Shown: positions 8,512 through 19,097 of the stretch, one piece after another
How the letters are laid out: each line of letters starts with the position of its first letter
Position numbering within the stretch: the first letter of the stretch is position 1
Assembly: GCA_021731495.1 (NCBI GenBank)
Contig: JAKFXG010000002.1
Location: forward strand, 1-61,553
From: Candidatus Parcubacteria bacterium
GTDB taxonomy: Bacteria > Patescibacteriota > Minisyncoccia > Phycocordibacterales > Phycocordibacteraceae
Length of the DNA stretch: 61,553 nucleotides
Direction of reading: 5' to 3'
The notes under the pieces: generated by a model
The model's input: only the letters and a program-made list of their open reading frames with translations
The model's database searches: none
Told to the model about the DNA's origin: nothing
Made by a program: the position numbers and the translations under genes

Positions 8512-8821
8512 TTCTGGAAGGTATAAAACAACAAAGCCACCCTAGGGTGGTCAGAGCGAATAAGGAGCAGGGGCGTAAATTGGTGCTCAAACCGGAGAAT
8601 AAGGGCAGCTTTTGTTTCGACTGATATTTTGCATACTGGCACTTCCAAAACAAAGTAATCATACCGAGTGGCTTGTGGAGCGGATACGCCGCAGCGCAGG
8701 CAGATACTCGGAAAGGAAGGCAGAACGCCGGCAGAAAGATCCAATAAAGAACATCCCGTCCTTTAGTGATACTAGTCTACTAAAGGACATTGTAAAGGAC
8801 ACCCTGTGGACAACTTGTCCT

Positions 8822-9589
8822 TTATAAGAACGTTATGGAAAGAGGGCAGTGGTCCGAGCCATAAATGTCAGGGTGGATTTCTGCCTTTTTGATCCGCTTC
8901 ATGAACTCACTTGCGACGAAGAAGTAATCGATACGCCATCCAACGTTTCTATCACGCGCGCGGATCTTCATATCCCAATACGTATATGCGTCCTTAGTCT
9001 GAGGGTGGAAGTGGCGGAATGAGTCCACGTATCCCGCCGCAACGACTTCGTCTATCCACGCCCGCTCTTTCGGCAAAAAGCCTGTATTTTCTTCGTTTTC
9101 TTTCGGTCTTGCGAGGTCGATCTCCTCATGGGCCGTGTTCACATCGCCGCAAAATATGACCGGTTTCTGCTTGCGCAGCTTCTCTGCAAAGGTGAGAAAG
9201 GCATCATAATATCGCAGTTTATAGTCGAGTCGTTCGGGACCCTGGCCACCATTGGGGAAGTAGATGTTCAAGAGCCAGAAGTCTTCAAATTCAGCCCCGA
9301 TGAGCCGACCCTCCTGGTCGAATTCCCTTATACCCAGGCCATAAATGACTTTCAAGGGTTCGACCTTGGAATAAATGGCGACGCCGCTATAACCTTTCCT
9401 TAGTTGCGAGGAAGAAAAGAATGACGAGAACCCAGCAGGGGAGCGCATGGCCTCCGGAATCTGTTCGGGACTCGCTTTAGTCTCCTGGAGGCAGAAAATA
9501 TCGGGCTTGGTGCCCTTCAAAAAAGATTCCCAATAGCCATTATTTGCAAGGGAACGCAGGCCGTTTACATTCCAGGAGACGATCTTCAC
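8822..9589 (-). CDS. xth: exodeoxyribonuclease III
   Basis: IVSWNVNGLR, LQETK, GYSGVA, YFPNG, GDVNTAH, GWRIDY, GSDHCP. Confidence 0.95.
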   Translation of the reverse strand: MKIVSWNVNGLRSLANNGYWESFLKGTKPDIFCLQETKASPEQIPEAMRSPAGFSSFFSSSQLRKGYSGVAIYSKVEPLKVIYGLGIREFDQEGRLIGAEFEDFWLLNIYFPNGGQGPERLDYKLRYYDAFLTFAEKLRKQKPVIFCGDVNTAHEEIDLARPKENEENTGFLPKERAWIDEVVAAGYVDSFRHFHPQTKDAYTYWDMKIRARDRNVGWRIDYFFVASEFMKRIKKAEIHPDIYGSDHCPLSITFL

Positions 9590-9614
9590 TGGACTATTGT
9601 AGCGCAGGTCGGGT

Positions 9615-10535
9615 CTAATTCCGACTTTTCCCATGGTACTTCTTATGGATTTCGCGGAGGTGCGAGTCTGTGATGTGCGTGTAAATCTGCGTTGTGTTGA
9701 TAGAGGCATGGCCGAGGAGCTGCTGGACGGAGCGAATATCGGCGCCGTTACTCAGTAAGTCAGTAGCAAACGCATGGCGAAGGGTATGGGGCGTGACCAC
9801 ATTCGTAATACCGGCCCGCGTAACATATGCCTTCAAGTGGCGTTGAACGTCGCGGGGGATGATGCGATGCAATTTATTCGGCCTACCGTCTACAAAGAGA
9901 GCTTCTTCCATATCGTTTCGTGCTTTCAAGTATTCGCGTACGGCTTCTTTGGCAGCAGGGGAGAGGAAGACGACGCGCACCTTCTCACCCTTACCGCGTA
10001 CGGATAGCTCGTCGCGTGAGAGGTCAATGTCAGAATTGAGCGCGCAGAGTTCAGACACACGCAGTCCGGTTGAAAAGAGCATCTCAAGGATAGCGCTGTC
10101 TCGCAGGTACATGCGCTCTTTGTCGGGGTCTTTTGCCTTTTTAAATGCTTCTCGCGGTGCCTGCATGAGGCGCTCAAGTTCGGTAGGGGTGATTAGGTCC
10201 AGCTGTCGCTCAGGAAGCTTCGCAAGCTCTATTTTCTCAGGAGAAATGGCGGGAATATCGCGTTTTCTGAGGAATTTGAGGAAAGCGCGCAGCGCGATCA
10301 TGTAGTAATTCTGGGTCCGGCGCTTCATGGAACCGGCAGCCGTACCCGGCTGCCGGTTGAGCCAGAGCCGGAACTCGCGGACATTCTGCTCAGTGATGTC
10401 ACTCACGTCTTTTATGCCCATCTGCGCGAAATAGCGGGTGAGATACCGGTCGTAGTTTTCAATCGTTTTCACCGCGCGGCCGCGCTCGATCTCAATATGC
10501 TCAAGGAATTGGCGTTTTGCCGTCTCGGCGTTCAT
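9615..10535 (-). CDS. xerC: XerC/XerD-family tyrosine recombinase
   Basis: TGLRVSEL, RGKG.K.R, TPHTLRHAFAT, LLGHA...TTQIYTH; no att context, so a housekeeping Xer. Confidence 0.85.
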   Translation of the reverse strand: MNAETAKRQFLEHIEIERGRAVKTIENYDRYLTRYFAQMGIKDVSDITEQNVREFRLWLNRQPGTAAGSMKRRTQNYYMIALRAFLKFLRKRDIPAISPEKIELAKLPERQLDLITPTELERLMQAPREAFKKAKDPDKERMYLRDSAILEMLFSTGLRVSELCALNSDIDLSRDELSVRGKGEKVRVVFLSPAAKEAVREYLKARNDMEEALFVDGRPNKLHRIIPRDVQRHLKAYVTRAGITNVVTPHTLRHAFATDLLSNGADIRSVQQLLGHASINTTQIYTHITDSHLREIHKKYHGKSRN

Positions 10536-10699
10536 TAAAAGTAGTTTAACACTGTACTTCGCACAATATTCAATGTTATTGATAGGTATAGTAGTCACGT
10601 GTATGATTAATCTCAGAAGCACCCTGACTCCACTTACGGATAAAGGGTCTCGTTTGTGCCAAACTTAACCCAGTAAATCCTCATTAAGGAGGAGTCATC

Positions 10700-11275
10700 A
10701 TGGTCATCCTTGCTCCCTGGAATCGATCTTCGAGTTCTGTCGTTGCGGAAATCGAGCTCGTCGCGGTTGCAGGTAAGCCGACGAGAGAGTGTTTCATTGG
10801 CCCATTGTGGACATACCGCTCCAGTGATATCGACAGTAAACTTCCCGTTTACCAACCGGAGGCCACCGCCTGCGTCATCAAGACAATTGCTACCTCGCGG
10901 GACCGGTTCCTTAAAGATGTCCTCGCCGTCATCCTCGGTGTCGAAAAGGTGACGGACACTCGGCTCCTGGCTCCGCCCCTCATCGAGCGTGGCCACACCA
11001 TTACCTTGCCACAAGCTGAAAAGTTGGCGGACGAGACCAAGTGCTATAAGAAGGTCGTCATGCCTACCGGTAAGCTTGTTTCTAAGCACAAAACCCTCTT
11101 CTTCGTAGAAACTGGAGATCCAAGAAGCCCAATTGCGATTGGCACAATCATGCCTGGCGCCTATGGGCAGGAAGTGCCAAATTTGAGCGTATATATGGAT
11201 TGGTTCGACTTCGATTTCCCCTGGGTCGCTGGCCACCACCTCTTTGTTCGTAATCTGGACACTTCGAAACTCTGA
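10700..11275 (+). CDS. hypothetical protein
   Basis: 191-aa ORF with AAGGAGGAG SD, followed by a hairpin at about 11311-11344. Confidence 0.7.
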   Translation: MVILAPWNRSSSSVVAEIELVAVAGKPTRECFIGPLWTYRSSDIDSKLPVYQPEATACVIKTIATSRDRFLKDVLAVILGVEKVTDTRLLAPPLIERGHTITLPQAEKLADETKCYKKVVMPTGKLVSKHKTLFFVETGDPRSPIAIGTIMPGAYGQEVPNLSVYMDWFDFDFPWVAGHHLFVRNLDTSKL

Positions 11276-11373
11276 CCTTTGGTCCCTTGCGTTCTGGCAT
11301 TTCTCACCTAAACCCCTCTCATGCATCGCGCGTGGGAGGGGCTTGTCTTTCGAGAGGTGGGATTACACGAGAC

Positions 11374-11402
11374 TTGCATAAATAAGCAAGACGTGGTAGT
11401 GT
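11374..11402 (+). promoter_or_regulatory. sigma70-type promoter of rpsO
   Basis: TTGCAT-17 nt-TAGTGT with TG extension. Confidence 0.55.
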
Positions 11403-11412
11403 AGTGGGACTC

Positions 11413-11679
11413 ATGCTTACCACAAAGAAAAAGGCGGCGGTTATGAAAAGTACCGCCCGACACGACATGGACACCGGATCGCCGGATGTGCAGGTCGCGC
11501 TCCTTTCGAAGCAGATCGATGATCTTGCCAAGCATCTCAAGAAAAACCCGAAGGATTTTCATTCCCGCCGCGGTCTTCTCCAGATGGTTGCCGATCGCCG
11601 CATGCATCTGCGTTATCTCGAAACGAATGATAAGCGTCGCTACAACGCGCTTATCAAGAAGCTCGGTTTGAAGAAATAA
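11413..11679 (+). CDS. rpsO: 30S ribosomal protein S15
   Basis: HDMDTGSPDVQVALL, KDFHSRRGLL. Confidence 0.97.
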   Translation: MLTTKKKAAVMKSTARHDMDTGSPDVQVALLSKQIDDLAKHLKKNPKDFHSRRGLLQMVADRRMHLRYLETNDKRRYNALIKKLGLKK

Positions 11680-11799
11680 ATCTTTACACCCTCCTTTTTC
11701 TGATAGTATGAGGGAAGCGGCGGTGCCGCGGAATTTTTAATAATCTTTGGGAATTGTTTTTACTACAAACTACTCCCTATCAACTACTAACTATTTATT

Positions 11800-12312
11800 A
11801 TGGCAGTTATCAAACATCCAGCGCAGCGTGTCGGCGTATTTATCGACACACAAAATCTCTATCACAGCGCCAAGCATCTCTACAAAGCACGTGTTAACTT
11901 CGCAAAAGTTCTCGAAGAGGCCGTCGGCGGACGCATCCTCGTCCGTGCCGTCGCGTACGTCATCTCGACTGAGAGCGGGGAAGAGTCGAATTTCTTTGGA
12001 GCGCTTACCAAGATCGGTATTGAAACAAAGGTAAAAGACCTGCAGATATTCGCCGATGGCGCGAAGAAGGCTGACTGGGACGTCGGAATCGCGATTGACG
12101 CGGTCAAAATGTCGCCGAAGCTCGATACGGTCATCATCGCTTCGGGCGATGGTGACTTCATTCCGCTTATCGAATATCTCGACATGCACGGCATTCAAGT
12201 TGAGGTCATCTCCTTTGGCAAGTCCTCTTCGGCCAAGCTCAAAGAAGCCGCGCATGCCTTCACTGACATGTGTGACGACCCCCACAAGTTCACCATCACT
12301 TCAAGAATCTAA
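11800..12312 (+). CDS. NYN domain (LabA/DUF88, PIN-like) protein
   Basis: VFIDTQNLY, KADWDVGIAID, SGDGDF. Confidence 0.9.
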   Translation: MAVIKHPAQRVGVFIDTQNLYHSAKHLYKARVNFAKVLEEAVGGRILVRAVAYVISTESGEESNFFGALTKIGIETKVKDLQIFADGAKKADWDVGIAIDAVKMSPKLDTVIIASGDGDFIPLIEYLDMHGIQVEVISFGKSSSAKLKEAAHAFTDMCDDPHKFTITSRI

Positions 12313-12331
12313 TACATTTTGCTTTGCAGAA

Positions 12332-12376
12332 TATGCCACCAAAACGCCCCGCTCTGCGGGGCGTTTTGGTGGCATA
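12332..12376. terminator. intrinsic terminator hairpin
   Basis: TATGCCACCAAAACGCCCCGC / GCGGGGCGTTTTGGTGGCATA. Confidence 0.75.
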
Positions 12377-12416
12377 ACTTGTGGCGCAGGGCATTCGATA
12401 CGTTACTATGGTGGTA

Positions 12417-13631
12417 ATGGATACCAACGCAACGCCAGCAAACGATACTCCGGAGAAAAAATCACCACCTACCGGCAAGCAGGAGCCGGAGAAGTATATC
12501 CGCACATTCGCGGGTGACATGGAGGTGCTGCAAAAAGGAGGTGTTCCCGATCTTGTACCGCTTCAAAAGTCGGCGCCGACAGAAGCCAAAGAACCCGCGG
12601 TTCCGTCCCCCGTAATTCCTGTGCCGCCGTCTTCGCCACCAACTCCAGTTCCGCCGCCGCCCCCTGCTGCAGGGTCACAACCAGCCCCTGTCGCGGTGAA
12701 AGAAGAACCGAAGAGTGTTCCGCTCAAGACCTACGAAGGTGATTTTTCTCAACAAGTGAAAGTAACTCAAGCATCAACTGCCACGATACTTGCGGCTGAG
12801 CAAGATTCAACTCCGCAAGCGGCCCAGGAACCCGGGAAGCCTTCACGGAGCAATCTTCTCTACGTCATTGCAGGTATCGTACTTCTTGTCGCAGGGGGAG
12901 CGGGCGCATATATCGCATACTCGCGTTATCTAGCTATACAAGCGCCGGTCGAGCCGGCCCCCGTCGTATCGGCGCCGATATTTGTCGATGAGCGTGAGCA
13001 ACTTTCAGGACAGGGGCCGGCGCTTCTTTTGGCAATTGAGCAGTCGCTCGCTCGGCCTCTTGCTCAAAATGCTGTTCGACTCCTGTACACGGCAAGCTCG
13101 ACTACCATAGGCGTGTTCTCCACTTCCACGCTTCCTGCGTCGGTGCCCAACATCCTGCTCCGCAATGTGAATGCCGCAGGCAGTATGGCGGGCATCGTGA
13201 ATCGTGACGGTTCTCAGAGTCCTTTCTTTATATTGTCTGTCTCCTCATTCGGGGACACGTTTGCGGGCATGCTTGCATGGGAGCCTTTTATTCTGCGCGA
13301 CCTTGCCAGACTTTTCCCCCCATTCCCAGAACCAGTCATCACTACATCTGTAGCCACCTCGACTATTGCGACCACAACTTCAAAAAGCAAGACAAAGGGA
13401 ACGACGACGGCCACCTCGACTACCGCAACGACGACGCCATCTATTCCTGTGGCCCCGCTCACGTTCCGTGATGAAGTCATCGCGAATCATGACGTGCGTA
13501 TCTATCGCGATGCGGCAGGCCGCAGCATTCTCGTGTACGGCTACTGGAACCAAATAACGCTCGTTATCGCACGCAGTCCGGCGGCGTTTACCGAAATACT
13601 CGAACGGCTTGCAACTTCACGGGCGCAGTGA
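12417..13631 (+). CDS. hypothetical single-TM membrane protein with Pro/Thr-rich regions
   Basis: long ORF with IRTF..D repeats, a central TM and a Thr-rich tract. Confidence 0.75.
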   Translation: MDTNATPANDTPEKKSPPTGKQEPEKYIRTFAGDMEVLQKGGVPDLVPLQKSAPTEAKEPAVPSPVIPVPPSSPPTPVPPPPPAAGSQPAPVAVKEEPKSVPLKTYEGDFSQQVKVTQASTATILAAEQDSTPQAAQEPGKPSRSNLLYVIAGIVLLVAGGAGAYIAYSRYLAIQAPVEPAPVVSAPIFVDEREQLSGQGPALLLAIEQSLARPLAQNAVRLLYTASSTTIGVFSTSTLPASVPNILLRNVNAAGSMAGIVNRDGSQSPFFILSVSSFGDTFAGMLAWEPFILRDLARLFPPFPEPVITTSVATSTIATTTSKSKTKGTTTATSTTATTTPSIPVAPLTFRDEVIANHDVRIYRDAAGRSILVYGYWNQITLVIARSPAAFTEILERLATSRAQ

Positions 13632-13655
13632 CCGCGGCCCTGCTATTATCCCTGC

Positions 13656-14003
13656 ATGAAAACTGAACAATTTAAGAAAAGACTCGAAGCGGAAAAGGAA
13701 AAATTGGAGATCGAGATGGGAAGTATCGGCCGCGAGAGCTCTACGGTTCCGGGCGACTGGGAACCTATTCCCTCGGAGACGGGCGTCGAGGCAGACCTCG
13801 CTGACCAAGCCGACGTGACCATGAGCCGCGAGAGTAATACCGCCATTCTTGCGGATCTTGAGGCACGGTACGACACCATCTTATCGGCGCTTTCAAGGGT
13901 AGAGAAGAAAACCTATGGAAAGTGCGAGGTGTGCGGAAAACAAATCGACGAAGCCCGTCTTGAAGCCAATCCTGCCGCGACGACCTGCGTCGAGCATTTC
14001 TAA
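13656..14003 (+). CDS. DksA/TraR C4-type zinc-finger protein
   Basis: coiled coil, D.ADQA, YGKCEVCG..I...RLEANPAATTCVEH. Confidence 0.9.
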   Translation: MKTEQFKKRLEAEKEKLEIEMGSIGRESSTVPGDWEPIPSETGVEADLADQADVTMSRESNTAILADLEARYDTILSALSRVEKKTYGKCEVCGKQIDEARLEANPAATTCVEHF

Positions 14004-14079
14004 TACCACACCATGCCTGCCCCATTGGATAACTCTCACCCAGATTTTGGTAGTCGCTCTGTTTTGAGCACATGTCCGC

Positions 14080-15648
14080 ATGACTCAACGCCGAACAACT
14101 GAAGGGTATCCAACGGGGCCTGCCGCCCAGCCGAAACTTGGGTATGCGAAAACGCTCGCGGCCCAGCCAGTCGGCTCAGGTGCAGAACTGGTAAATGTCG
14201 AAGCCGATCTCACGCGCGGACTGCATAATTTTTCGGTTGTTGGTCTTGCAGATAAAGCGGTGGAGGAAGCGCGCGACCGGCTGAGCGCCGCGATACGCCA
14301 CTCCGGGTACAAGTCCCCGAAGCAGCAGAACAAACGTATTGTTCTCTCACTGTCTCCGGCGGATCTGAAAAAAGAGGGCTCGCATTACGATCTTGCACTT
14401 GCACTCGCGTATCTCATCGCCGTTGGCGACGTGCCATCTCCCGAAGAAGACGTGTTGTTCATTGGCGAGCTCTCACTCGACGGGACATTGAGAGCGGTCC
14501 GCGGCGTCCTGCCGCAAGTGCTTGCCGCTAAACGGCACGACATAAAAACAATTTTCGTACCGCCAGGGAATGCGCGTGAAGCGCTCCTCGCCGAAGGCCT
14601 TACGATCTATGCGCCGAAGTCGCTTTCAGAACTGATACTGCATTTGAAAAGAGAGAAACCGTTACCGCGCCAGGTGCGCGATCGGCGCACTCCGGTACCA
14701 CCGCCAGCGCTTGACCTCTCTGACGTGAAAGGGCAGGAGAGTGCGAAACGTGCGCTTGAGATAGCGGCCGCCGGCCGCCACAACATCGTGTTTTACGGTC
14801 CTCCGGGCACCGGCAAGACCATGCTCGCTCGCGCGCTTGCAGGCATTCTCCCGCCACTCACCGATGACGACATGCTTGAAGTAACCGCAATACATTCGAC
14901 CGCGGGGCTGCTCCAAGATGGCGAAGCGGTATATTGGCCGCCGTTTCGCGCGCCGCACCATTCGGTTTCGCATGTCGCGATTGTGGGCGGCGGCGCATTT
15001 CCAAAAGCCGGTGAAGTAACGCTTGCACACAAGGGCGTTCTTTTCCTGGACGAATTTCCGGAGTTTGAGTCGAGAGCGCTCGAAGCGCTGCGACAACCGC
15101 TTGAGGACCGTATAGTTACCGTCTCGCGCGCACGTGCGACCGTTACGTTCCCGGCGGATTGCATGATCGTTGCCGCGATGAATCCTGCGGACACTATTTC
15201 GAGTGATGCGCGCGTTGCACTGCGCGCTGCAGCGAAACAAGCGCGGCGCATCTCGCGGCCCATTGTCGATCGTCTCGATCTCTGGATCGAAGTGCCGCTT
15301 GTCCCACACGACACACTATCGAAACTTTCGAGTGGAGAGTCCTCCGATGATGTGCGCAAGCGCGTCGTTGTGGCGCGCACGCGCGCAGAAAAACGCACCG
15401 GCAAGAAGGGCGCGACGAATGCCGCGCTCACGAGCCGCGAGCTTGATGAAAAAAGCGGCTTCAACGATGTTTCAAAAGAAGCTCTTACGAGCGCCGCCGC
15501 GCGCCTGAACCTTTCCCCACGCAGCTACCATCGCACCATGCGCGTGGCACGCACTATTGCTGACCTCGCCGGTGCTGACGAGGTCACTCCCGCTTTCGTG
15601 CACGAAGCACTTCAGTATCGTCCTCGCGGACTTTTTGGGTTCGAATAG
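14080..15648 (+). CDS. comM: ComM/YifB Mg-chelatase-like AAA+ ATPase
   Basis: [50 protein letters not shown]. Confidence 0.93.
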   Translation: MTQRRTTEGYPTGPAAQPKLGYAKTLAAQPVGSGAELVNVEADLTRGLHNFSVVGLADKAVEEARDRLSAAIRHSGYKSPKQQNKRIVLSLSPADLKKEGSHYDLALALAYLIAVGDVPSPEEDVLFIGELSLDGTLRAVRGVLPQVLAAKRHDIKTIFVPPGNAREALLAEGLTIYAPKSLSELILHLKREKPLPRQVRDRRTPVPPPALDLSDVKGQESAKRALEIAAAGRHNIVFYGPPGTGKTMLARALAGILPPLTDDDMLEVTAIHSTAGLLQDGEAVYWPPFRAPHHSVSHVAIVGGGAFPKAGEVTLAHKGVLFLDEFPEFESRALEALRQPLEDRIVTVSRARATVTFPADCMIVAAMNPADTISSDARVALRAAAKQARRISRPIVDRLDLWIEVPLVPHDTLSKLSSGESSDDVRKRVVVARTRAEKRTGKKGATNAALTSRELDEKSGFNDVSKEALTSAAARLNLSPRSYHRTMRVARTIADLAGADEVTPAFVHEALQYRPRGLFGFE

Positions 15649-15827
15649 GCAAAATTTTGCGGACTTACTGGCCTCGGCCAGAACCCCCGTCTGCTTTGCG
15701 GCGGGGATGAATGGCCGAAATTAAATATGCGCGGCAGCGGGAGCCGCATCCTTATCCAGAAAAACACCCTGGTGTCCGTCCGCCAATGCCCCGTCCGCTT
15801 GCGGCGGGGAGGGCGAGACGGATTGTT

Positions 15828-16844
15828 TTACTGCGGAGCGCAGACGGTGCCAACGGGACAATTGCGGAAAGGATTTGCCGCACCGCGAACTTCGAAGTGG
15901 AGGTGCGGGCCGGTCGAGAGGCCAGTTGCGCCGATGTATCCAATGATCTGGCCGGATGATACGGATTGTCCTGGCGAGACGATGGCATTCTTCATGTGCG
16001 AGTAGAGAGTCTGTGTGCCGTTATCGTGCGTGATGACCACATAGTTGCCATAACCACCGTTCCACGCACCGTTGTTGCGTGCAACGATGACGACGCCGTT
16101 TGCGGCAGCATGGATGGGTGTGCCGCGCGGAGCGCCGAAGTCGACACCATTCCATCCATGGATTCCCTGCGTGACCGCGATTCCCGACACAGGATGGCCG
16201 TAGTAGCCCGCTTGCAGAGCGCCGCTACCACCCAGGTACGGCTCGCGGATGGTGGACAGGGCGCGCGAACGCGGCGCGACAGGGACGGCGATTTCACCTC
16301 CCGGGATAATGACAGTTGAACCGACCTTGAGCGGCTCCGCAGGGTCGAGTCTGTTGAATTGCGCTATGTCGTCTGTGTCAGCGTTGTATTTCTTCGCAAG
16401 AGATTTGAGAGTATCACCCCTGACAATGGTGCGTTCGACACCCGAGACGGGCAGAATAACGAGTGTGTTCCCCGGGTGCACGTCGCGCGCGCTCTTGAGG
16501 TTGTTTGCCCACAGTATGGTGTTCACTGAGACATCGAACATGTCTGCGATATCCGAAAGGGTGTCGCCCGCGCGCACTACGTAGACCGAAATACGACCAG
16601 GCTGTGTCGAGCCTGCAACATCGGCGATGGTGCCGGAGGGCCCTGTACTAGCGAGGAGAGCTCTTCCTCCGCTTGTCTGGATGCTGTCGCCGAGACCCTT
16701 GTGCGGATTCGGATCGAAATTAATGGAGGCTTGAAGCACCGGAGTTGAGGAGTCTGGTACAAACGTGTCCATCGCCGCATCTGCTTGTATAGAAAACGGC
16801 CAAAACGCCTGTGCTTTGTTTGGCGTGAAAGCGGCCGCGAACAT
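15828..16844 (-). CDS. LysM-repeat M23 family metallopeptidase (start uncertain)
   Basis: two LysM repeats, H..GVD, YSH, GPHLHFEV. Confidence 0.9.
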   Translation of the reverse strand: MFAAAFTPNKAQAFWPFSIQADAAMDTFVPDSSTPVLQASINFDPNPHKGLGDSIQTSGGRALLASTGPSGTIADVAGSTQPGRISVYVVRAGDTLSDIADMFDVSVNTILWANNLKSARDVHPGNTLVILPVSGVERTIVRGDTLKSLAKKYNADTDDIAQFNRLDPAEPLKVGSTVIIPGGEIAVPVAPRSRALSTIREPYLGGSGALQAGYYGHPVSGIAVTQGIHGWNGVDFGAPRGTPIHAAANGVVIVARNNGAWNGGYGNYVVITHDNGTQTLYSHMKNAIVSPGQSVSSGQIIGYIGATGLSTGPHLHFEVRGAANPFRNCPVGTVCAPQ

Positions 16845-17132
16845 GATGACCCCGAACCCTGCGACGAATACTATGCACTGTTCGGCGATTCGGTATGTAC
16901 CCGGTCTCGTGTCTTGCGGCAGCGAGTCGGGGGATTTCGGATTTAAATCAATAGAAAAACTAGGGGAATGTGGTGTGTCTGCGAATACAAAAATGGCCTA
17001 AATACCCTGTATATAAGCCATTTCTTGAATACTTTCTTATCAGTCGATACTTGGAGTATAGCCGAGTGGGAACGGGAGTCAATTAACCCGTCCGATAGCT
17101 GTGGAGAGCGGTTTGTGCGCTATATTCGAACA

Positions 17133-19094
17133 GTGAACTACCTCGAAGGATTAAATGATGCGCAGAAACGGGCGGTGCTCGCGGTGGATGGTCCGATATC
17201 GGTTCTTGCCGGTGCCGGAAGCGGGAAAACACGCGTGCTCACGACGCGTATCTATCATCTTGTCCGGACCGGTGTTCCCGCGAACCAAATTCTTGCCGTT
17301 ACCTTCACCAACAAGGCCGCCCGAGAAATGCGCGCCCGGGTCCGCACGATGCTCGGCGAAGATACTTCCTCGGCTGTTCCTTTCATTGCCACTTTTCATG
17401 GTCTCGGACGCGAATTACTGGAAACGTACGGGAAGGTTATGGGCATCCCCCGCTTTTTCAGCGTATACGATCGCGATGATTCGGAAAAAGCGATCAGCGC
17501 GGCGCTCAAGGCGCTTGATGTTGAAGCAAAAGAACTTTCGCCGCGTGCGGTTCTGGGGCGCATCTCGCGCGCAAAAGGGGAGGGAATGAGGGCGAATGAG
17601 TTTTACGAGAAACATACACGCTCGGGATTTGGCGCACGGATCGCCGCGGAGGCCTGGCTTCGTTACGAGAAAACACTCGCCGCAGAGAAGGCGCTCGACT
17701 TCGATGATCTCATCGCCCTTCCGACGCGGATGCTCGAGGAGCATGCTGATATTCGCGCGCTTGCGCAGGAACGCTGGAAATATATTCATATCGATGAGTA
17801 TCAGGATACAAATGAGTTACAAGAAAGACTCACCAGTCTTCTTGCAGAAAAACATAAGAATCTTTTCGTAGTGGGAGACGGCGACCAGTCGATATACGGA
17901 TGGAGAGGGGCGAAGATGGAAAACATTTTGAATTTTGAGAAAAGATACCCAGGATCTCAGACGATTATTCTCGAACGGAATTACCGTTCGACGAAAAATT
18001 TGGTTGATGCGGCAAACGCGGTTATCGAAAAGAACAAAAATCGCAAGGAGAAATACTCAACGACCGAACGCGCCGCGGGCGCGCCTATTGTGGTCCATAT
18101 GGCGCAAAGCGCCGAGGACGAAGCGCGTTGGATTGCACTAAAAATACGGGAGCTGATGAAAAGCGGGGCTACTCCCCTAAACGCGCCGCGAAGCGGCGCG
18201 TCGGGCGAACAGGTAAAACCTGTTTTAGCCGAAGAAATTGCGATATTATTTCGTACGAATTTCCAATCGCGTGCACTTGAGGAAGGATTGCTTCATGCGG
18301 GCGTGCCCTACAAGTTGCTCGGTACGCACTTCTTTGCGCGCAAGGAAGTGAAAGATGTTCTTGCATGGGTGCGACTCGCGATGGACCCTTCACGCGAGGT
18401 GGATAAGCTTCGCGCGGCGGCTTCACCATCGCGGGGTATCGGGAAAGTAACGCTCGGAAAACTTGCCGCGGGGCAGCGCTCTCTCCTGCGTGCGGGCGAG
18501 CTTGCGAAGGTTGAACAGTTTGAAAGTGTTATCGACGAACTTTCTCAGGCCGCACACTCATTAGTACCTTCTGAATTCGTGAAGCTCATCATTGAGAAGA
18601 GCGGCATGCGCCGGGCCCTCCTTGAAGAGGGGAGTGCGGATGACCGTGAGCGTTTCGAGAACGTTGAGGAAATCGCTTCAGTGGCTGCGCGACACGATGC
18701 GGTTGCTGGGCAGGAAGGTATCGCCGCCTTTCTCTCTGAAGCCGCACTGTCGAGCGATCAGGATGAGATGGATCAAGGAGAGAAAACCGGCGTCACTCTC
18801 ATGACCGTTCATGCGGCAAAGGGTCTTGAATTCGGAACGGTTTTCGTGAGCGGTATGGAGGAAGGGCTCTTCCCGCACCAGGGCATGGGTGGAGAGAAAG
18901 ACCGTGACGAAGAAGAGGAGCGTCGATTATTCTACGTGGCGATGACGCGCGCAAAAGAAAGGCTCTTCCTCACACTCGCGCGTATCCGTAAGATTTATGG
19001 CACTGATTATGCGGCAGAACCGTCGTCTTTTCTTGCCGACATCGACGGATCGCTGACGCTCTTCGATGAAACAGAGGGAGAAGAGATCTATTGA
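17133..19094 (+). CDS. pcrA: PcrA/UvrD ATP-dependent DNA helicase, with an 18-codon in-frame insertion
   Basis: AGAGSGKT, TFTNKAA, DEYQDTN, NYRS, TVHAAKGLEF, EERRLFYVAMTRA. Confidence 0.95.
   Translation: MNYLEGLNDAQKRAVLAVDGPISVLAGAGSGKTRVLTTRIYHLVRTGVPANQILAVTFTNKAAREMRARVRTMLGEDTSSAVPFIATFHGLGRELLETYGKVMGIPRFFSVYDRDDSEKAISAALKALDVEAKELSPRAVLGRISRAKGEGMRANEFYEKHTRSGFGARIAAEAWLRYEKTLAAEKALDFDDLIALPTRMLEEHADIRALAQERWKYIHIDEYQDTNELQERLTSLLAEKHKNLFVVGDGDQSIYGWRGAKMENILNFEKRYPGSQTIILERNYRSTKNLVDAANAVIEKNKNRKEKYSTTERAAGAPIVVHMAQSAEDEARWIALKIRELMKSGATPLNAPRSGASGEQVKPVLAEEIAILFRTNFQSRALEEGLLHAGVPYKLLGTHFFARKEVKDVLAWVRLAMDPSREVDKLRAAASPSRGIGKVTLGKLAAGQRSLLRAGELAKVEQFESVIDELSQAAHSLVPSEFVKLIIEKSGMRRALLEEGSADDRERFENVEEIASVAARHDAVAGQEGIAAFLSEAALSSDQDEMDQGEKTGVTLMTVHAAKGLEFGTVFVSGMEEGLFPHQGMGGEKDRDEEEERRLFYVAMTRAKERLFLTLARIRKIYGTDYAAEPSSFLADIDGSLTLFDETEGEEIY
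18175..18228 (+). mobile_element. three-way-junction mini-element, copy 2 (in frame in pcrA)
   Basis: CC-CTAAA-CGCGCC hairpin-CGGGCG-AACAGG hairpin-TTAG-CC; removal gives GATPEEIAILFR. Confidence 0.8.
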
Positions 19095-19097
19095 AGA

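Noticed and set aside
8520..8800. Small ORFs between cca and xth
   Set aside because: Several short overlapping frames exist, none with convincing composition. An SD-led ATG at about 8754 (-) gives only 31 codons.
9615..10535. Prophage or ICE integrase
   Set aside because: It is a typical chromosomal Xer protein next to xth, with no phage genes or att repeats.
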